DNA from: Candidatus Binatia bacterium
GTDB lineage: Bacteria; Vulcanimicrobiota; Vulcanimicrobiia; Vulcanimicrobiales; Vulcanimicrobiaceae
NCBI GenBank assembly: GCA_035544215.1
Contig: DATKHY010000003.1
Location: 697,878 to 761,877, forward strand
Direction: 5' to 3'
Length of the DNA: 64,000 nt
The position numbers were made by a program, and so were the translations under genes. Below are positions 60,151 to 64,000 of the stretch, piece by piece; the stretch's first letter is position 1, and each line of letters begins with the position of its first letter. Below the pieces are notes generated by a model. It saw only the letters and a list, made by a program, of their open reading frames with translations, did no database searches and was not told the origin of the DNA.

Positions 60151-61048
60151 GATCAAACGGGGTCTTTTGACCCTCGCGATTACGCTCCTCGGTGCGAGCC
60201 CTTCGGTCGCACCGCGAGACGCCGCGCCCGAGGCGATGACGCCGCAGAAGATTTTCGACGCGGCGTTCCGGCGCTTGCAGTCGTACCCCGTGCCGCCGTA
60301 CGCCGTGTGGACCGCGACCTGGAACATCCGTGAGCGGCCGATGGGCTATTACACCGGCGAGAAGGCGAGCGTCGAGACGAGCCGCTACGCCGTGCGCCTC
60401 TCCGACGGGATCGAGAACGTCAGCGACCCGATTCCGAGCGGCAAGCTGCCGCCCGCGACGATCGAGGACGAGTTCCTGGGCCCGTTCGCGTGGACGATGC
60501 GCTCGTCGGTGCGCGTCGCGCCGCCCGGCGGCGTGATGATGCAGCCCGACATCGAGGGCCTCAAGACGATCGCCACGGTCGTCGCGATCGCGCAGTCGCC
60601 GTACACCTTCGGATTTACGCGCGCCGGCGCGCTGCCGATCGAAACCGTCGACGGACATCGCGTCTATCATTTGGAGCTGCGGCCCCGCAGCGATTCGCAG
60701 CTGCACAATCTGCGCGATCTCTGGATCGACGCCGACACGTACGATTTGTGGAGGGCGCATTTCGTCGGGACGTATCGTCCCTTTCCGAACGCACCGCTGA
60801 GCCCCACCGACGTCATGGTAAACTTTCGCAACGTGCTCGGGCGCTGGGTCGTTACGCGCGCCGCCTGGAACTGGGACGACGCACCCCTCTCCTTCATGTT
60901 CGACGTGACCAACGACGAGATCGGCTTGCCCGCTTCGCTCCCGGACTGGCTCTTCGATGCAAAACAGTACCAGCGTCACCAAGATGCCGGCGAGCCGGAC
61001 TACATCGGCGAGCTTCTCAAGCGCATGCGGGCGGGGTCGAACGGGTAA
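60149..61048 (+). CDS. Hypothetical secreted protein (LolA-like fold suspected)
   Basis: ORF track gives 59963..61048; ATG 60149 gives the signal MIKRGLLTLAITLLGASPSVA. GHRVYHLELRPRSDSQLHNLRDLWIDADTYDLWR resembles lipoprotein-sorting-like proteins (weak). Confidence 0.6.
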   Translation: MIKRGLLTLAITLLGASPSVAPRDAAPEAMTPQKIFDAAFRRLQSYPVPPYAVWTATWNIRERPMGYYTGEKASVETSRYAVRLSDGIENVSDPIPSGKLPPATIEDEFLGPFAWTMRSSVRVAPPGGVMMQPDIEGLKTIATVVAIAQSPYTFGFTRAGALPIETVDGHRVYHLELRPRSDSQLHNLRDLWIDADTYDLWRAHFVGTYRPFPNAPLSPTDVMVNFRNVLGRWVVTRAAWNWDDAPLSFMFDVTNDEIGLPASLPDWLFDAKQYQRHQDAGEPDYIGELLKRMRAGSNG

Positions 61049-61076
61049 GGCTGCAGCCTGCGCCGAAGGCCGGAGC

Positions 61077-62498
61077 ATGGAGCGTTCCCGTTTTACTGCC
61101 CTCGCTGTGGCGTTTGTCCTCGCGTCCTGCGGCGGCGGTTATGCCGGCGGGTCCGGGGGCGCGACGCCTGCGTTCGTCGTCGACACGCATCGTCAAGGCA
61201 GCTCCGGTCTAATCAAGCACGTCGTCATCATGATTCAAGAGAATCGCAGCTTCAACAATTTCTTCGCGACGTTCCCGGGCGCCGACGGAACCACGTACGG
61301 CATGATGGGCAAGAAGCGGATCCACTTGACGGAAACCAATCTCGTCTGGCCGTGCGACCTCGGGCATTCGCGCAACGCGTATCTCGAGGACGACGACAAC
61401 GGTAAGATGGACGGATTCTATCTCGAGGGCAACGGGAACAAAGCGCCGTGCATCGGGCAGGCCGGCCGGCGCCCGTACCAATACGTGAAACCGGCGCAGA
61501 TCCAGCCGTACTGGGACATGGCCGGGCAGTACGTGCTAGCCGAGCACATGTTCCAGACGCAAGGCAGCGGCAGCTTTACCGCGCATCAAGACTTGATTCG
61601 CGGCGGCACGACGTTCGACGCGGCGCTCGACGAGGCGCTGGTGGATTTTCCGACGGTCGCGCCGTGGGGCTGCAACGCGCCGCCAAAGGCCAAGACGTCG
61701 TACCTGCTGTGGACTGGGAGCTACATCCACGGCGAGCACAACAAAGGGCCGTTCCCGTGCACCAACAAGTTTCCCGGATCGGGAAGCTACTATCACACGC
61801 TGGCCGACGAGCTCGACGCGAAGAAGATCTCGTGGAGGTACTACACGCCGAAGCTCAGCTCCACCGGCAGACTGTGGAACGCGTTCAATATGATCGCATC
61901 CGTACGGTACGGTCCGGAGTGGGGCACGAACGTCGTGTGGCCGGAGACGACGATCTTCACGGACATCACGAACGGCACGCTGCCGGCAGTGTCGTGGTTG
62001 ATTCCGGACGGCAAGAACTCCGATCACCCGGGCTCCGCCGCGACGGACACGGGGCCGTCGTGGGTGGCGAGCGTCGTGAACGCGATCGGTCAGAGTTCGC
62101 TGTGGGACTCCACCGCGATCGTCGTCGTGTGGGACGATTGGGGAGGATTTTACGATAACATGCCGCCGCCGCCGGTCGGGGGGTCGCAGTTCGATCACTG
62201 GGGCGGCTTGGGCTTCCGCGTTCCCTGTATCATCGTTTCGCCGTACGCGCGCGAGGCGACGAAGAGCAAGCCCGGCTACATCTCTCCCACGGACTACGAG
62301 TTCGGCAGCATCCTGAAGTTCGTCGAGGACAACTGGGATCTGCCGCGACTCGGGACAACCGACGGCCGCGCCAACAGCATCGTCGACTCGTTCGATTTCA
62401 CGCAGCCGCCGCGCACGTTCACGAAGATTCCCTCATCGTACCCGCTCGAGTATTTCGAGCGCGAGGCGCCTTCGAACATTCCCCTCGACTCTGAATAG
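61077..62498 (+). CDS. Phosphoesterase family lipoprotein (PLC/AcpA-type), tandem copy 1
   Basis: ORF track gives 60957..62498; ATG 61077 gives MERSRFTALAVAFVLASCGGG. Motifs: IKHVVIMIQENRSFNNFFATFPG, SWLIPDGKNSDHP, WDDWGGFYD, GFRVPCIIVSPY. Confidence 0.9.
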   Translation: MERSRFTALAVAFVLASCGGGYAGGSGGATPAFVVDTHRQGSSGLIKHVVIMIQENRSFNNFFATFPGADGTTYGMMGKKRIHLTETNLVWPCDLGHSRNAYLEDDDNGKMDGFYLEGNGNKAPCIGQAGRRPYQYVKPAQIQPYWDMAGQYVLAEHMFQTQGSGSFTAHQDLIRGGTTFDAALDEALVDFPTVAPWGCNAPPKAKTSYLLWTGSYIHGEHNKGPFPCTNKFPGSGSYYHTLADELDAKKISWRYYTPKLSSTGRLWNAFNMIASVRYGPEWGTNVVWPETTIFTDITNGTLPAVSWLIPDGKNSDHPGSAATDTGPSWVASVVNAIGQSSLWDSTAIVVVWDDWGGFYDNMPPPPVGGSQFDHWGGLGFRVPCIIVSPYAREATKSKPGYISPTDYEFGSILKFVEDNWDLPRLGTTDGRANSIVDSFDFTQPPRTFTKIPSSYPLEYFEREAPSNIPLDSE

Positions 62499-62514
62499 CG
62501 GAGAACTTTTTCGC

Positions 62515-63912
62515 ATGAGCCGTTTTCGCATTGCACTCCTCGCCGGAGCGTTCGTCCTTTCATCCTGCGGCGGAGGCGCCGGCGGCGGCGGATTGCCGTT
62601 CCAGGCCCCATCAAGTTCGCATAAGAGCGGCAGCATACCAATCTCGCACATCATCATCATGATCCAGGAGAACCGCAGCTTCAACAATCTCTTCGCGACG
62701 TTCCCCGGGGCCGACGGGACGACGAGGGGCAAAATGGGCAAGAAGATCATTCGCTTGAAACCGGAACCACTGATTTGGCCGTGCGACTTCGGGCATTCGC
62801 GCAGCGGGTTCTTGAAAGACTACGACGACGGCAAGATGAACGGGTTCGGCACGGAGAGCGGCGGCAAGGGCAGCAAATGCACGCCGCAGGCGGGGCGCAA
62901 CTCGTATCAGTACGTGATTCCCGCGCAGCTCGGCCCGTACTGGGACGTCGCCGGGCAGTACGTGCTCGCCGATCATACGTTCCAGACGCAAGGCAGCGGC
63001 AGCTTCACCGGACACCAGGATCTGATCCGCGGCGGCACGACGTTCGATTCGGCGGAGGACGAGGCGTTGGTCGACTTTCCGACCGGCACGCCGTGGGGCT
63101 GCAACGCACCGCCGAACACGACGACCTCCATGCTGGTCTGGACCGGCAGCGGCATCCAGGGGCCCAAGAAAGGTCCGTTCCCGTGCACCGACAAGTTTCC
63201 GGGATCGGGCAGCTACTATAAGACGCTGGCCGATCTGCTTGACGCGAAGTCGGTCAGTTGGAAGTACTACACGCCGACGCTCGGCGGCGCCGGTGCGCTG
63301 TGGAATGCGTTCGACATGATCGCGTCGGTCCGCAACGGTCCGGAGTGGAAGACGAACATCGTTTCACCCGACAAGAAGATTTTCGACGACATCACGAACG
63401 GGACACTGCCCAGCGTCTCGTGGGTGATACCCGACGCACCGTATTCCGATCATCCGGGCGGCGGCTCAGGCGCCGGAGGACCGTCGTGGGTCGCAAGCGT
63501 CGTCAACGCTATCGGTTTGAGCCCGTACTGGGGCTCGACCGCGATCATCGTCACCTGGGACGACTGGGGTGGCTTCTACGACGAGGTGAAGCCGCCGCAG
63601 CCGTTCGACCACTGGGGCGGCCTCGGATTTCGCGTTCCGATGATGATCGTCTCGCCCTACGCGCGCGAGACCGTGCCCAGCAAGCCCGGCTACATCTCAC
63701 ACACGCAGTACGAGTTCGGCAGCATCATCAAGTTCGTCGAGGACATCTGGGGCCTCGGCCGCCTCAACACCACCGACACGCGCGCCAACAGCATCATCGA
63801 CTCGTTCGACTTCTCACAGAAACAGCGCACGTTCACGAAGATTCCGTCGTCGTATTCACGCGAGTACTTCGAGCATTTGCCACCGTCGAACGAGCCGATA
63901 GACAGCGAGTAG
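62515..63912 (+). CDS. Phosphoesterase family lipoprotein (PLC/AcpA-type), tandem copy 2
   Basis: Signal is MSRFRIALLAGAFVLSSCGGG. Motifs: ISHIIIMIQENRSFNNLFATFPG, SWVIPDAPYSDHP, WDDWGGFYD, GFRVPMMIVSPY. It is a close paralog of 61077..62498 and 25361..26767. Confidence 0.9.
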   Translation: MSRFRIALLAGAFVLSSCGGGAGGGGLPFQAPSSSHKSGSIPISHIIIMIQENRSFNNLFATFPGADGTTRGKMGKKIIRLKPEPLIWPCDFGHSRSGFLKDYDDGKMNGFGTESGGKGSKCTPQAGRNSYQYVIPAQLGPYWDVAGQYVLADHTFQTQGSGSFTGHQDLIRGGTTFDSAEDEALVDFPTGTPWGCNAPPNTTTSMLVWTGSGIQGPKKGPFPCTDKFPGSGSYYKTLADLLDAKSVSWKYYTPTLGGAGALWNAFDMIASVRNGPEWKTNIVSPDKKIFDDITNGTLPSVSWVIPDAPYSDHPGGGSGAGGPSWVASVVNAIGLSPYWGSTAIIVTWDDWGGFYDEVKPPQPFDHWGGLGFRVPMMIVSPYARETVPSKPGYISHTQYEFGSIIKFVEDIWGLGRLNTTDTRANSIIDSFDFSQKQRTFTKIPSSYSREYFEHLPPSNEPIDSE

Positions 63913-63915
63913 AGC

Positions 63916-64000
63916 TTAGTCGTCGTCGGGGGGACGGTAGTCGGGCGGCTGTGCCAGGAAGAACTCCTCGCCCTGAGGTGCTTTGATCGGGATGAACTTG
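63916..64000 (-). CDS. 3-prime end of an unidentified CDS (start outside the window)
   Basis: The minus frame reads ...KFIPIKAPQGEEFFLAQPPDYRPPDDD then TAA (63918-63916). Third positions are GC-rich. It is too short to assign. Confidence 0.3.
   Translation of the reverse strand, partial: KFIPIKAPQGEEFFLAQPPDYRPPDDD

Noticed and set aside
61040-61076. Similarity of GAACGGGTAAGGCTGCAGCCTGCGCCGAAGGCC to the conserved lipoprotein leader
   Set aside because: The match is short and GC-rich. It also lies too close to ATG 61077 (about 12 nt) to function as the same promoter/leader module, so it is probably chance.
60128-61078. 316-aa minus-strand ORF, and the 240-aa plus-strand ORF 60490..61212
   Set aside because: They overlap the better-supported secreted protein gene 60149..61048 in alternative or antisense frames. 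Both are Arg-rich shadow ORFs.

Overview
A 64-kb high-GC bacterial chromosomal segment from a lineage I cannot identify. I found no rRNA, intact tRNA, CRISPR array, transposase or integrase. I call about 65 protein-coding genes. Start sites were refined by eye from RBS, signal-peptide and stop/start-overlap evidence; family names come from motif recognition, not searches.

(1) Left ~19 kb: an accessory, compositionally patchy region that is visibly more AT-rich in places. It holds conflict-type and cell-wall-acting modules:
- a pYEATS-like protein coupled to a 3TM protein;
- an M15/LAS-like peptidase;
- a Trypco2-like small protein next to a 912-aa trypsin/NB-ARC/TPR STAND NTPase, my best candidate for an uncharacterised defence system;
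- a BNR propeller;
- a Ser/Pro-rich secreted protein, a Cys-rich unknown and a GH25 lysozyme in one module;
- a 4TM protein carrying a 44-aa (132-bp) tandem-repeat array;
- two tRNA-Ser-like 5-prime-half fragments, which bracket part of this region.

(2) The remaining ~45 kb is dominated by secreted lipoproteins:
- nine paralogs of a ~320-340 aa beta-propeller-like family that I call P1, including a four-copy near-identical tandem array and a four-copy overlapping array;
- three NHL-type propellers, a Vgb-like propeller and a GloVer-repeat protein;
- two glycine-rich lipoproteins with a shared C-terminal tail;
- five phosphoesterase (PLC/AcpA-type) paralogs.
Several unrelated lipoprotein genes share a conserved 5-prime leader plus signal-peptide module containing a GGAAC...CGTT-like motif, and an ECF sigma factor is encoded in the window.

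(3) Ordinary enzymes are interspersed (Nudix, GNAT, CE4 deacetylase, RNase H, aldo/keto reductase, cNMP-binding TrxR-like oxidoreductase, DUF899, DUF2461, S53 peptidase, ICMT). A REP-like interspersed repeat (...CCTTCGAC...GCTCAGGATGACA) occurs at five or more intergenic sites.
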